From an uncultured Methylophaga sp. (GTDB lineage: Bacteria; Pseudomonadota; Gammaproteobacteria; GCF-002020875), in assembly GCA_937877715.1 (NCBI GenBank), contig CALEHW010000046.1, forward strand, positions 89,690-153,689: DNA of 64,000 nucleotides. Direction: 5' to 3'. Both the position numbers and the translations under genes were made by a program. This document shows, piece by piece, positions 11,633 to 20,312 of the stretch. The notes below the pieces were generated by a model that worked only from the letters and a program-made list of their open reading frames with translations, made no database searches and was not told the origin of the DNA. Every line of letters starts with the position of its first letter. Position 1 is the first letter of the stretch.

Positions 11633-11821
11633 AATAATATCTCTCCAGTTTGGGTTTTGCCTCCGTATACCCCATAACCCCAATCCCTTATTAAGGACAC
11701 CCGAGCTTATGGTGGTGGCATACGTGTGAAATTAAATTACACTTTCTCTCACAGAAAATGCGCGCGAAGTATACTACGTACTTTCAATGCAGACAAACAG
11801 ACTTTCCTTGCTACCCTGCCT

Positions 11822-12595
11822 ATGAGCATCACCATCAAAACTGCCGAAGAGATTGAGAAGATGCGCACAGCCGGCCGCCTTGCTGCTGATGTGCTAATGA
11901 TGGTTGAACCATACGTTGTGGCAGGGGTTACAACCGAGGAGCTGAACCGGATCTGCCACGACTATATTGTCGAGACCCAGGAGGCAATCCCCGCCCCTCT
12001 CGACTATCATGGCTTCCCCAAATCCATCTGCACATCAATCAACAATGTTATCTGCCATGGAATCCCCAGCCAGAAAAGGCTGAAAAAGGGAGATATAATC
12101 AATATTGACATAACTGTCATCAAGGATGGTTACCATGGCGATACCAGCAAGATGTTTGCCATCGGCAAGCCATCCATCCGGGCCCAGCGCCTGCTGCAGA
12201 TCTCCAGGGAGTGTCTACTCAAGGGAATTGAACTGGTAAGGCCAGGGACTCACCTTGGTGATATTGGATATGCTATCCAAAAACATGCGGAGAGATACCA
12301 TTTTTCCGTGGTCCACGAATATTGCGGCCACGGCATCGGCAGGGATTTCCATGAAGAGCCCCAAGTTCTCCATTATGGTGACAAGGGCACCGGTCCAGTT
12401 CTGCAGAGCGGGATGACCTTTACAATTGAGCCGATGATCAATGCCGGCAAGCGCCACAGCAAACTGAACCCCAAGGATGGCTGGACCGTAACCACCAAGG
12501 ACCGCAGCCTCTCCTCACAATGGGAGCACACCCTGCTGGTCACAGATGACGGTGTGGAGGTTCTGACCCGTAGAGAGGAAGAGGATGATCTCTGA
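11822..12595 (+). CDS. map: Methionine aminopeptidase (type I)
   Basis: The conserved MAP start MSITIKTAEEIEKMRTAGRLAA lies at the ATG at 11822. The pita-bread fold metal ligands are visible (D..D..H..E..E pattern). It is divergent from rpsB, the classic map/rpsB arrangement. Confidence 0.9.
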   Translation: MSITIKTAEEIEKMRTAGRLAADVLMMVEPYVVAGVTTEELNRICHDYIVETQEAIPAPLDYHGFPKSICTSINNVICHGIPSQKRLKKGDIINIDITVIKDGYHGDTSKMFAIGKPSIRAQRLLQISRECLLKGIELVRPGTHLGDIGYAIQKHAERYHFSVVHEYCGHGIGRDFHEEPQVLHYGDKGTGPVLQSGMTFTIEPMINAGKRHSKLNPKDGWTVTTKDRSLSSQWEHTLLVTDDGVEVLTRREEEDDL

Positions 12596-15239
12596 CCCCC
12601 TGCTCGCCTCTCTCACCAGTATATTTGAGAGCAGTCCTCTCAAGCCAGAGAAGCTCAGGGAGGTTCTGCAGAGTGGTCGGGAAGAGATTACCCGGCAATT
12701 TCATGACGGGGTCTCTGCACGGCAATTGCTCAGGGCACGTAGTGATCTTATCGACTCCACCCTGCAGGGAATCTGGCAGCTTATAGGCCCCAACAGCCCG
12801 CAAACCGCTCTGGTCGCTGTAGGTGGATATGGCCGCAGGGAACTCCACCCCTTCTCCGATATCGATCTCCTGATCCTGGCAGAAGATAGTGACGACCCTG
12901 CCACCAGCAGCGCCATCAGCACCTTTGTCACCATATTATGGGATCTGGGGCTGGAAATTGGCCACAGCGTTCGCTCAATCGCCCAGTGCGTCGACGAGGG
13001 CCGTGCAGATATTACAATAACTACCAATCTGCTTGAGGCGCGGCTGCTCTCCGGCTCAGCAGAATTCTTCAATCAGCTGCAGCACAGCATTTCAGATGAC
13101 TCCATCTGGCCCAGCGGCCCCTTCTTCATCGCCAAGCGCAATGAACAGCACGCTCGTCTGGAAAAATACAATGATACCGCCTACAACCTGGAGCCAAACA
13201 TCAAGGAGGGACCAGGGGGACTGCGAGATATCCAGAATATTCTCTGGGTTACCAGACGCCATTTCGGCGCAACCAACCTGGATCGGGAATCAGGGACTCT
13301 ACGTGAACTGGTCGATCACCACTTCCTCACCACGACCGAATGTGCCGATCTGGAGGCTGGACAGGAGCGACTCTGGGAGATCCGTTTCGCCCTCCACCTG
13401 ATTGCCGGGCGTGCAGAGGAGCGGCTGCTGTTTGAGTACCAACCGGAGCTGGCACAATATTTTGGCCATCTGGACAGTGGGCATAATAGAAGTGTTGAGT
13501 CATTCATGCACAGCTACTTCAGGATTATACGCGAGCTCTCACTGCTCAACGAGATCCTGCTGCAGCTGTTTGAAGAGCAGCTGCTGACCCCAGACAGTGA
13601 AAAACAGCCTCTTCCTGTAGATGACAATTTTGGTAGCAGCGGAGGCTATCTCACCCTGCTGGACCAACACGGACTGGAGAGAGAGCCCTCCCTGATTCTC
13701 TCCCTGTTTCTGATACTACGCGACCACCCGGAGATCAAGGGAGTTGCTGCAGAGACCATCCGGCAGGTCCGCGCGGCGCGCCACACCATTGACCCCAAAT
13801 TTCGTAACAATCCCAGGCATCAACAGCACTTCCTGCAGCTCTTCTACCAACCAGAGGGGTTGACCCACCAGCTACGACGGATGAACCGCTACGGTGTTCT
13901 CGGCGCATATCTACCTGACTTCGAGAAGATTATAGGGCTGATGCAGTATGATCTATTTCACGCATATACCGTGGATGAACACACCCTGTTTGTAGTACGC
14001 AATCTGAGGCGGCTGACAATCCCCGAATTTCATCACGAGGCTCCTCAGCTTAGTAAGCTGATTGCAGAACTACAACACCCTGAACAGATCTATCTGGCAG
14101 CCCTCTTCCACGACATTGCCAAAGGCAGAGGTGGAGACCACTCAAAACTGGGAGTGGAGGTTGCCAAGAATTTCTGCAAACAACACCAGGTAGACAGTGA
14201 AACCACTACAGAAATCAGCTGGCTGATTGAGAACCATCTGATCATGTCCGCCTTTGCGCAGCGCAACGATATTGATGATCCGGCTGAGATCCACACCTTT
14301 GCCAATATGGTCAAACAGCAGTCCAGACTGGATATGCTCTATCTGCTCACCGTTGCCGATATCAGGGCAACCAACAGCACCCTCTGGAATCATTTCAAGG
14401 ATTCACTGCTGTCACATCTCTATAACTCAACCTCAGAGGCGCTGGAACGTGGCCTCAGCCAACCCGAAGACAGTGATGAGAGAGGGGTGGAGAACCGCAA
14501 ACAGGCCCTAGAGCTTCTTGATGGTGATGGAATCAATAACAAACAGGCTGAATCACTCTGGGAAGAACTGGATGACGAGTATTTCCAAAAACATGACGCC
14601 AGAGAGATCAGCTGGCACACTAGGTCCATTCTGGGAAATCAGCAATATCCCCTGATCAGGTTTCATAGAAAAAGTCATCATGGAGGCAGTGAGATCCTGA
14701 TCTACAGCAGAGATCAACAGTTTCTCTTTCCCATTCTGGTCCATGCCATGGAGTCTCTTGGGCTCAATATTCAGACAGCAAAAATCAATACAACCCTGAA
14801 TAGTTATGCCCTCAACATCTTTACTGTACTGGACAGAGATGGCAAAACAGTCCAGGATGAAAAATCCATATCCAGGATCAAACAGACTCTACACAACGAG
14901 ATCGAGCACCCAACCCTGCTGGCCCAGCCAGTCACTTTCCGCAAAACCCGCCACCAGAAACATTTCCATGAAGAGAGTGAGGTGCAATTTCAGCAAGATG
15001 AATCGAAACAGCAGACCATTCTGGAGATCCATGCCACAGACCGTCCGGGGCTATTATCCACTATCTGCCGCATCCTGATGAATTGTAATATTCGGATCCA
15101 CGGCGCCAAGATTGCCACCCTGGGAGAGAAGGTCGAGGATCTGTTCTGGGTGACACATCAAGACAATACCCCTCTGACCAGGCAGAAAGAAAATGACCGC
15201 CTCAGTGAGCAATTAAAACAGGCGCTTGATCCACAGTGA
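12585..15239 (+). CDS. glnD: Bifunctional [protein-PII] uridylyltransferase/uridylyl-removing enzyme GlnD
   Basis: 884 aa with an N-terminal nucleotidyltransferase domain (GGYGRRELHPFSDIDLLIL), a central HD domain and two C-terminal ACT domains. The map-glnD order is conserved and the gene overlaps map by 11 nt. Confidence 0.9.
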   Translation: MISDPLLASLTSIFESSPLKPEKLREVLQSGREEITRQFHDGVSARQLLRARSDLIDSTLQGIWQLIGPNSPQTALVAVGGYGRRELHPFSDIDLLILAEDSDDPATSSAISTFVTILWDLGLEIGHSVRSIAQCVDEGRADITITTNLLEARLLSGSAEFFNQLQHSISDDSIWPSGPFFIAKRNEQHARLEKYNDTAYNLEPNIKEGPGGLRDIQNILWVTRRHFGATNLDRESGTLRELVDHHFLTTTECADLEAGQERLWEIRFALHLIAGRAEERLLFEYQPELAQYFGHLDSGHNRSVESFMHSYFRIIRELSLLNEILLQLFEEQLLTPDSEKQPLPVDDNFGSSGGYLTLLDQHGLEREPSLILSLFLILRDHPEIKGVAAETIRQVRAARHTIDPKFRNNPRHQQHFLQLFYQPEGLTHQLRRMNRYGVLGAYLPDFEKIIGLMQYDLFHAYTVDEHTLFVVRNLRRLTIPEFHHEAPQLSKLIAELQHPEQIYLAALFHDIAKGRGGDHSKLGVEVAKNFCKQHQVDSETTTEISWLIENHLIMSAFAQRNDIDDPAEIHTFANMVKQQSRLDMLYLLTVADIRATNSTLWNHFKDSLLSHLYNSTSEALERGLSQPEDSDERGVENRKQALELLDGDGINNKQAESLWEELDDEYFQKHDAREISWHTRSILGNQQYPLIRFHRKSHHGGSEILIYSRDQQFLFPILVHAMESLGLNIQTAKINTTLNSYALNIFTVLDRDGKTVQDEKSISRIKQTLHNEIEHPTLLAQPVTFRKTRHQKHFHEESEVQFQQDESKQQTILEIHATDRPGLLSTICRILMNCNIRIHGAKIATLGEKVEDLFWVTHQDNTPLTRQKENDRLSEQLKQALDPQ

Positions 15240-15583
15240 GCCATAAAGAAGATAATCCATTTATGGCCACTTGGTCGAAACAGGGGCACACCATCTGCCT
15301 GGGACATTGGGAGATCAGCTATCATGGTCAACCGATAGAGTTGCCGCCCACTAAACGTGACGAGGAGATGGGCACCTTTGGAATCTACAGTTACCTCTAT
15401 CCCGACGACCCGGATTTTGCCGAGGGTCTTGAGGAGGATGAGTGGATCCTGGAAAACATGGAGTGGATCGCCCCTCTGTTTGAAGAAAGTGGTATCCCCC
15501 TAGATGAGAAGCACCTTGGGTGGTTCTATCAGGCAATAAACATGGAGGATTGGCGCTGTGGAAGTTGTGGCGGTTGTATATAA
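15236..15583 (+). CDS. Hypothetical small acidic protein, translationally coupled to glnD, ending in a Cys cluster (CGSCGGCI)
   Basis: 115-aa ORF whose ATG overlaps the glnD stop (ATGA). The composition is protein-like (acidic, Trp-rich). I recognise no family. Confidence 0.45.
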   Translation: MSHKEDNPFMATWSKQGHTICLGHWEISYHGQPIELPPTKRDEEMGTFGIYSYLYPDDPDFAEGLEEDEWILENMEWIAPLFEESGIPLDEKHLGWFYQAINMEDWRCGSCGGCI

Positions 15584-15666
15584 TCCTCATCCCCAGTCAT
15601 AATCCATACAAAATAAAATAACGTGACTGATATCTGAACGATTACTTCAAAACAGGATCAAGAAAC

Positions 15667-16905
15667 ATGGAAAGTTACATTCAGGAGCTATTCGCAGAAC
15701 GCATTGGCGGCAACCAGTTTGGTAAAGACACCAATATCTACAAGTTCGAGAAGATCAAACGTGCCAAGCGGGCAGCAATGGAGGCCAACCCCACCACCGA
15801 GATGATCGACATGGGGGTTGGGGAGCCAGACTGGATGGCTGAGCCCGAGGTTATTGAGGTTCTCTACCAAGAGGCCAAAAACTGGGAAAACCGTGGCTAC
15901 ACCGACAATGGGATACAGGCCTTTAAGGATGCTGCTGCCGTATATATGGATAGTGTATTTGGGGCAAACGGGCTGGATCCAAACAGTGAGATTAACCATG
16001 GAATTGGCAGCAAACCGGTGCTTGCCCTGTTGCCCATGGCCTTCATCAATCCTGGTGACATCACCATAATGACCACCCCTGGATACCCTCTGCTTGGGAC
16101 AACAACTCAGGGACTTGGTGGCGAGGTGGTAAACCTTCCACTCCTTGAAGAGAATGGCTTTCTGCCAGATCTTGATCAACTGACTGATGCACAGAAAAAA
16201 CGGACAAAACTCCTCTATCTGAACTACCCAAACAACCCCACCGGTGCAGTTGCCAGCGAAGAGTTCTACAAAAAAGCAATCCAGTTTGCCAAAGAGAACG
16301 ACATAATGATTGTCTCCGATGAGGCATATGCTGCATTGATGTTTGACGGGGAGAAACCACTCTCATTCCTCAGTGTTGAGGGGGCAAAAGAGGTAGGTGT
16401 CGCCATTCAATCACTCTCCAAAGCCTACAACATGACTGGCTGGCGTCTGGCATTTATTGCTGGCAATGAGCTAATGGTGAAGGCATTTGCAGCTGTTAAA
16501 GACAATAATGACTCTGGTCAATTTGCAGCAATCCAGTATGCCGGAATCTACTGCCTGCAACACCCGGGGATTACCGAAAAGACAAGTGCCAAATACTCCA
16601 GAAGACATGATTTATTGGTAGATGCACTCACCAATGCAGGATTCGAAATCAAGAAGCCAAAAGCCACTTTCTATCTCTACGTCAAGGCACCAACCGCCAC
16701 CAGGGATGGGATCACTTTTGACAGTGGTGAAGCGTTCTCACAATACCTGATCAAGGAGAAGATGATATCCACCGTCCCCTGGGATGATGCCGGAAATTAT
16801 GTCCGCTTCTCCGTCACCTTTGTTGCCAAGGATGAGGCTGATGAAGATAGGGTGATTGGAGAGATCAAAAAGAGACTTGGAAATGGAGAGTTTGTTTTTG
16901 ACTAA
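15667..16905 (+). CDS. dapL: LL-diaminopimelate aminotransferase-like PLP-dependent aminotransferase (class I fold, DapL family)
   Basis: 412 aa. Blocks NYPNNPTGAVAS, DEAYAAL and SLSKAYNMTGWRLAF (the PLP-lysine region) align well with DapL-type LL-DAP aminotransferases as I remember them. It occupies the slot after map-glnD where dapD/dapC normally sit. Confidence 0.6.
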   Translation: MESYIQELFAERIGGNQFGKDTNIYKFEKIKRAKRAAMEANPTTEMIDMGVGEPDWMAEPEVIEVLYQEAKNWENRGYTDNGIQAFKDAAAVYMDSVFGANGLDPNSEINHGIGSKPVLALLPMAFINPGDITIMTTPGYPLLGTTTQGLGGEVVNLPLLEENGFLPDLDQLTDAQKKRTKLLYLNYPNNPTGAVASEEFYKKAIQFAKENDIMIVSDEAYAALMFDGEKPLSFLSVEGAKEVGVAIQSLSKAYNMTGWRLAFIAGNELMVKAFAAVKDNNDSGQFAAIQYAGIYCLQHPGITEKTSAKYSRRHDLLVDALTNAGFEIKKPKATFYLYVKAPTATRDGITFDSGEAFSQYLIKEKMISTVPWDDAGNYVRFSVTFVAKDEADEDRVIGEIKKRLGNGEFVFD

Positions 16906-16928
16906 TTCCTAAGCCAATACAATAGTAA

Positions 16929-16965
16929 AAAGCCCCATGAATAAGCACCATGGGGCTTTTTTTGT
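16929..16965 (+). terminator. Rho-independent terminator after the aminotransferase gene
   Basis: aaaaagccccatg-aataagcac-catggggcttttttt is a perfect GC-rich stem followed by a 7-T run. It sits in a convergent intergenic region, so it also works for tsaB on the other strand. Confidence 0.65.
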
Positions 16966-17141
16966 AATGGCTGTTATCGCCCCTCTTCTGCTGTTTAGTC
17001 TGGTTATGAATTGCAGGCAGGACTTAGTCGGTTACACTAATGATCATTGAAGAAAATAAGGGGACGCAATACTTAATTCAATAGGTTCAACGGTAAAAGC
17101 AGAATACAAATTGAATTACTGACTCAATTGAAGCCACCAAT

Positions 17142-17825
17142 CTAACTCTTCTGGTGAACCACTTGGTTCCTCAAATAAACTGGTTGTGCCTCTTCTGAGC
17201 TTAACACTCTCCCCTGCTCAAACTCATGAAGAGCCAATCGAGCAATATCTTTTGCATGAGGAAGTGCATTACCATCTATATGAATCAGATTCTCCCTAAG
17301 GCATTCCTTGAGCTCTTCCCTATAACTCTCGAACCCACTACCTGCTCCAGCCCATGGACCTTGCTGTTTTATGATCTTGTTGGGTAAAAGTACAGACTCC
17401 TCACCAACCAATGCAGGAAGGCCCCGATCATTGATCCGATAGTAACCGCAATATACCTCGCCCATTCTGGCATCAATGGCCGCTAGGATATTTCTGTTTT
17501 GGTTTTCCCTATACAAAGCAAAGGCAAGAGCTGCAAGTGATGAGACTGGAATTACAGGAAGACCAGCTCCATAAGCCAACCCCTGTACAACACCTGCTGT
17601 AATTCTCAACCCGGTAAAACTGCCAGGCCCCCTGTCAAAGGCGATGGCATCCAGCTCCGCGAGTGTAAGATCGGCCTCCGATAGCAGCTCGTCTACCATT
17701 GGCAGTATCCTCTGGGTGTGACCACGTGGTGTTATCTCAAACCTCTCCACCACCTCATCCCCTATCAGCAGTGCAGCCGAGCACCCCTCAGTAACTGTAT
17801 CGATGGCAAGTATCTTGCTACTCAT
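17142..17825 (-). CDS. tsaB: tRNA threonylcarbamoyladenosine biosynthesis protein TsaB (YeaZ)
   Basis: 227 aa with N-terminus MSSKILAIDTVTEGCSAALL, the typical inactive Kae1/YgjD-like ASKHA fold. Confidence 0.85.
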   Translation of the reverse strand: MSSKILAIDTVTEGCSAALLIGDEVVERFEITPRGHTQRILPMVDELLSEADLTLAELDAIAFDRGPGSFTGLRITAGVVQGLAYGAGLPVIPVSSLAALAFALYRENQNRNILAAIDARMGEVYCGYYRINDRGLPALVGEESVLLPNKIIKQQGPWAGAGSGFESYREELKECLRENLIHIDGNALPHAKDIARLALHEFEQGRVLSSEEAQPVYLRNQVVHQKS

Positions 17826-19759
17826 GCTGCCGCCTCCCTGTGATCCCTACCAAAAAACTCCCTTACATCCTCAATATCCCTAGTTCTTGCCATATCCGGA
17901 AGGCTGTTTAGAAAGGTGCGCCCATAACTCTTCTTCAGTAGACGGGGATCACAGACAACAAAAACACCTCGATCATCCACATCCCGAATCAACCTCCCTG
18001 CCCCCTGGCGCAGCGCAATTACCGCTCTGGGCAGTTGCAGCTCCATAAATGCATTCCTTCCATCACTATTGATGGCCTCAATTTTTGCCTGTAGCACAGG
18101 GTCACCAGGGGAGGCGAAAGGGAACTTGTCAATAATTACACAGGAGAGCGCCTCCCCACGGACATCAACGCCCTCCCAGAAGCTGGAGGCCCCAAGTAGT
18201 AGTGCGTTGCCCAGTCGACGGAAGCGGTCGAGCAGTCTGCTTCGTGGTGCCTCCCCCTGAACCAGAAGGGGAAACTCTATATCTCTCTCACGCAGGTATT
18301 CTGCCGCATGACGCAAGGCACGGTGGCTGGTAAAGAGCAGGAAGGTGCGTCCCTGACTAGCCTCAATAATAGGCAGCACAGCTTCCATTACTTTTTCGCC
18401 ATAGTCGGGGATGTTTGGTTGTGGAAGCCCCTGTGGATGGAAAAACAGTGATTGGTTTTGAAAATCAAACGGGCTTTCCCAGTGAAATGTATCCGCCTCA
18501 TCAATCCCGAACTCACGCAAGAAATGGTCGAAGCTCCCACCCACAGTAAGAGTGGCCGAGGTAAAAATCCATCCGCAGTTTCGGCTCGACATATGCTCCT
18601 GAAATGTGTCACTTATCTCCAGTGGGGTGTGGTGTATCGAGAAACCACTCTTGCGCAGCTCCATCCAGTGAATCTGTCCCGCCGTCGCCACTCCGGTCAG
18701 ACTAATAAAGCTATCCAGCAGCTCCTTTCCACGCTGCGCACACCCCTCCAATCCCTTGCCACGATCTGCAACCTTTTCCAGTTCAAGAGCAATCTGTCTA
18801 ATCGCCTGCTGGAGAATCTCGGCCTCTTCATGAAATCCTGGTCTTGTAGAGAGTTGAGACCATGGATAACGCCCCACTCTGTCACCCATTACGAAACGAA
18901 AATCAGCTACTGCCTTTTTCAGATCATCCGCACACTGCTGAAGTGGCTTATGGTCTGGCGCATCTGTCAGGTATTCCGCAATGGTATCTTCTGCCAGCTC
19001 TTGAAGTTGACGGTGGCTTATACGCTGCCCAAAGAAGCTGGTTGCCGTCTCTGCCAACTGATGGGCCTCGTCAAAAATAACTGTATTGGCTCCCGGCAAC
19101 AGCTCCCCGAAACCCTCATCCCTCAATGCCATATCAGCAAAGAAGAGGTGGTGGTTGACCACTACCAGATCAGCCTCCTGCGCCCTGCGTCTTGCATTAA
19201 CCACATGACAGTCGTCCCACTCCGGACACTCCTGTCCCAGACAGTTATCAGCAGTTGAAGTAACCCGTAACCAGAGCAGATCACCCTCTTCAACGTCGCT
19301 CATCTCGGAGATATCGCCACTACTGGTCTCACTGGCCCAGCGCCTGATCTTTACAAATTTTGCCGACTCCTGTCTGGAGTAGAAACGCCCCTGATCCTCG
19401 GCCAGGGCCAGACGATGCAGACATAGATAGTTGGATCGCCCCTTCAGCAGTGCAGTTACCGAGGATACCCCTAGTAGTTTACGAACCACAGGAAGATCAC
19501 GATGGTAGAGTTGATCCTGCAGATTCTTGGTGCCTGTAGAGATTATGATCCGCTCCCCGGAGAGCAGTGCCGGTACCAGATAGGCATATGTCTTCCCCGT
19601 ACCTGTGCCAGCCTCAGCCACCAGAATTGATTCACTCTCCAGTGCAGCTGCTACCGCATCTGCCATCTCCATCTGTGACTGGCGCGGCCTGAATCCATCT
19701 ATCGCATCTGCAAACGGGCCGTGATCACCCAGAACATCTGAAGATCTGCTCCATTCCAT
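17822..19759 (-). CDS. ATP-dependent DNA helicase, DinG/YoaA family (Rad3-like, Fe-S)
   Basis: Walker A AGTGTGKTYAYL, a DEAH-like box (VIFDEAHQL) and a Cys cluster (DNCLGQECPEWDDCH) typical of the Fe-S domain. I chose the start at the Met that aligns with the YoaA N-terminus and abuts the upstream gene's stop. The track ORF extends 25 codons further. Confidence 0.8.
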   Translation of the reverse strand: MEWSRSSDVLGDHGPFADAIDGFRPRQSQMEMADAVAAALESESILVAEAGTGTGKTYAYLVPALLSGERIIISTGTKNLQDQLYHRDLPVVRKLLGVSSVTALLKGRSNYLCLHRLALAEDQGRFYSRQESAKFVKIRRWASETSSGDISEMSDVEEGDLLWLRVTSTADNCLGQECPEWDDCHVVNARRRAQEADLVVVNHHLFFADMALRDEGFGELLPGANTVIFDEAHQLAETATSFFGQRISHRQLQELAEDTIAEYLTDAPDHKPLQQCADDLKKAVADFRFVMGDRVGRYPWSQLSTRPGFHEEAEILQQAIRQIALELEKVADRGKGLEGCAQRGKELLDSFISLTGVATAGQIHWMELRKSGFSIHHTPLEISDTFQEHMSSRNCGWIFTSATLTVGGSFDHFLREFGIDEADTFHWESPFDFQNQSLFFHPQGLPQPNIPDYGEKVMEAVLPIIEASQGRTFLLFTSHRALRHAAEYLRERDIEFPLLVQGEAPRSRLLDRFRRLGNALLLGASSFWEGVDVRGEALSCVIIDKFPFASPGDPVLQAKIEAINSDGRNAFMELQLPRAVIALRQGAGRLIRDVDDRGVFVVCDPRLLKKSYGRTFLNSLPDMARTRDIEDVREFFGRDHREAAA

Positions 19760-19760
19760 A

Positions 19761-20312
19761 TCAGTGCTGCCCAGCCCTACCCCATGCCAGCTCTGCTCCA
19801 GCATGGTCACCCAGCGCCTCTCTTGACCCTGCAATAAGAGACCAGTTTTGCTCCTGCAGTGCAGGCATGCCGACCGAGAGGGTGTTGGAGCGTTTGGCTA
19901 GAGTAATTGATTCGCGATAAGAGCCCTGTAGGTGGTGCACCTGAGCCAGGTCGTGCCACAGGCCAGCACGCTGGGAATCAATCCTTAACGCCCTCTCCAA
20001 CAACACTTCTGCTTTTTCAAGCTGCCCCTGTTGCAGTGCATACTCAATCTTCTCTATCAGATCATGAAGAGGATCAAGATCATCCGTTGGTTCGAGTTCA
20101 GGCTTGGGCTCGGATCCAGGTTCAGATATAACTCTATCCGTAACCACCCTGTGCACAGCTTTTGCAACAACCACCGGACTTCTCTCCACTCCATGCGATT
20201 GTGACCCTGTTGAATGCTCCTCCACAGGAATTCTTGATGTTGTGGTGGCACAACCATGCAGTAACAGCAGAGAGAATATTACAAGAGAGGTTAAGAGTTT
20301 CGAGCTATCCAT
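19761..20312 (-). CDS. TPR-like outer-membrane lipoprotein, candidate PBP1b activator (LpoP-like)
   Basis: Signal peptide with a lipobox-like LLLHGC, a disordered Pro/Glu-rich linker, and a C-terminal TPR-like helical segment (LEKAEVLLERALRIDSQRAGLWHDLAQVHHLQGSYRESITLA). It lies immediately downstream of, and overlaps, mrcB. Confidence 0.45.
   Translation of the reverse strand: MDSSKLLTSLVIFSLLLLHGCATTTSRIPVEEHSTGSQSHGVERSPVVVAKAVHRVVTDRVISEPGSEPKPELEPTDDLDPLHDLIEKIEYALQQGQLEKAEVLLERALRIDSQRAGLWHDLAQVHHLQGSYRESITLAKRSNTLSVGMPALQEQNWSLIAGSREALGDHAGAELAWGRAGQH

Noticed and set aside
10781-11677. 298-aa plus-strand ORF, Cys/Leu-rich, fully antisense to rpsB
   Set aside because: It is a mirror ORF of a highly conserved ribosomal protein gene. 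Its composition (poly-Cys/Leu, no motifs) is typical of antisense artefacts.
11633-11683. Upstream extensions of rpsB, and similarly of map (11726-11821), aroC (36867-36938), soxY (58646-58810) and napB (63224-63307) in the ORF track
   Set aside because: For rpsB, map and aroC the extension precedes the conserved family N-terminus, so the internal Met is the likelier start. For soxY the internal Met begins a Tat signal and has a good AAGGAG Shine-Dalgarno. For napB the internal ATG has a Shine-Dalgarno and the extension overlaps napA.
18452-19258. 268-aa plus-strand ORF inside the DinG/YoaA-family helicase gene
   Set aside because: It is antisense to a gene with clear helicase motifs and has no recognisable domain.
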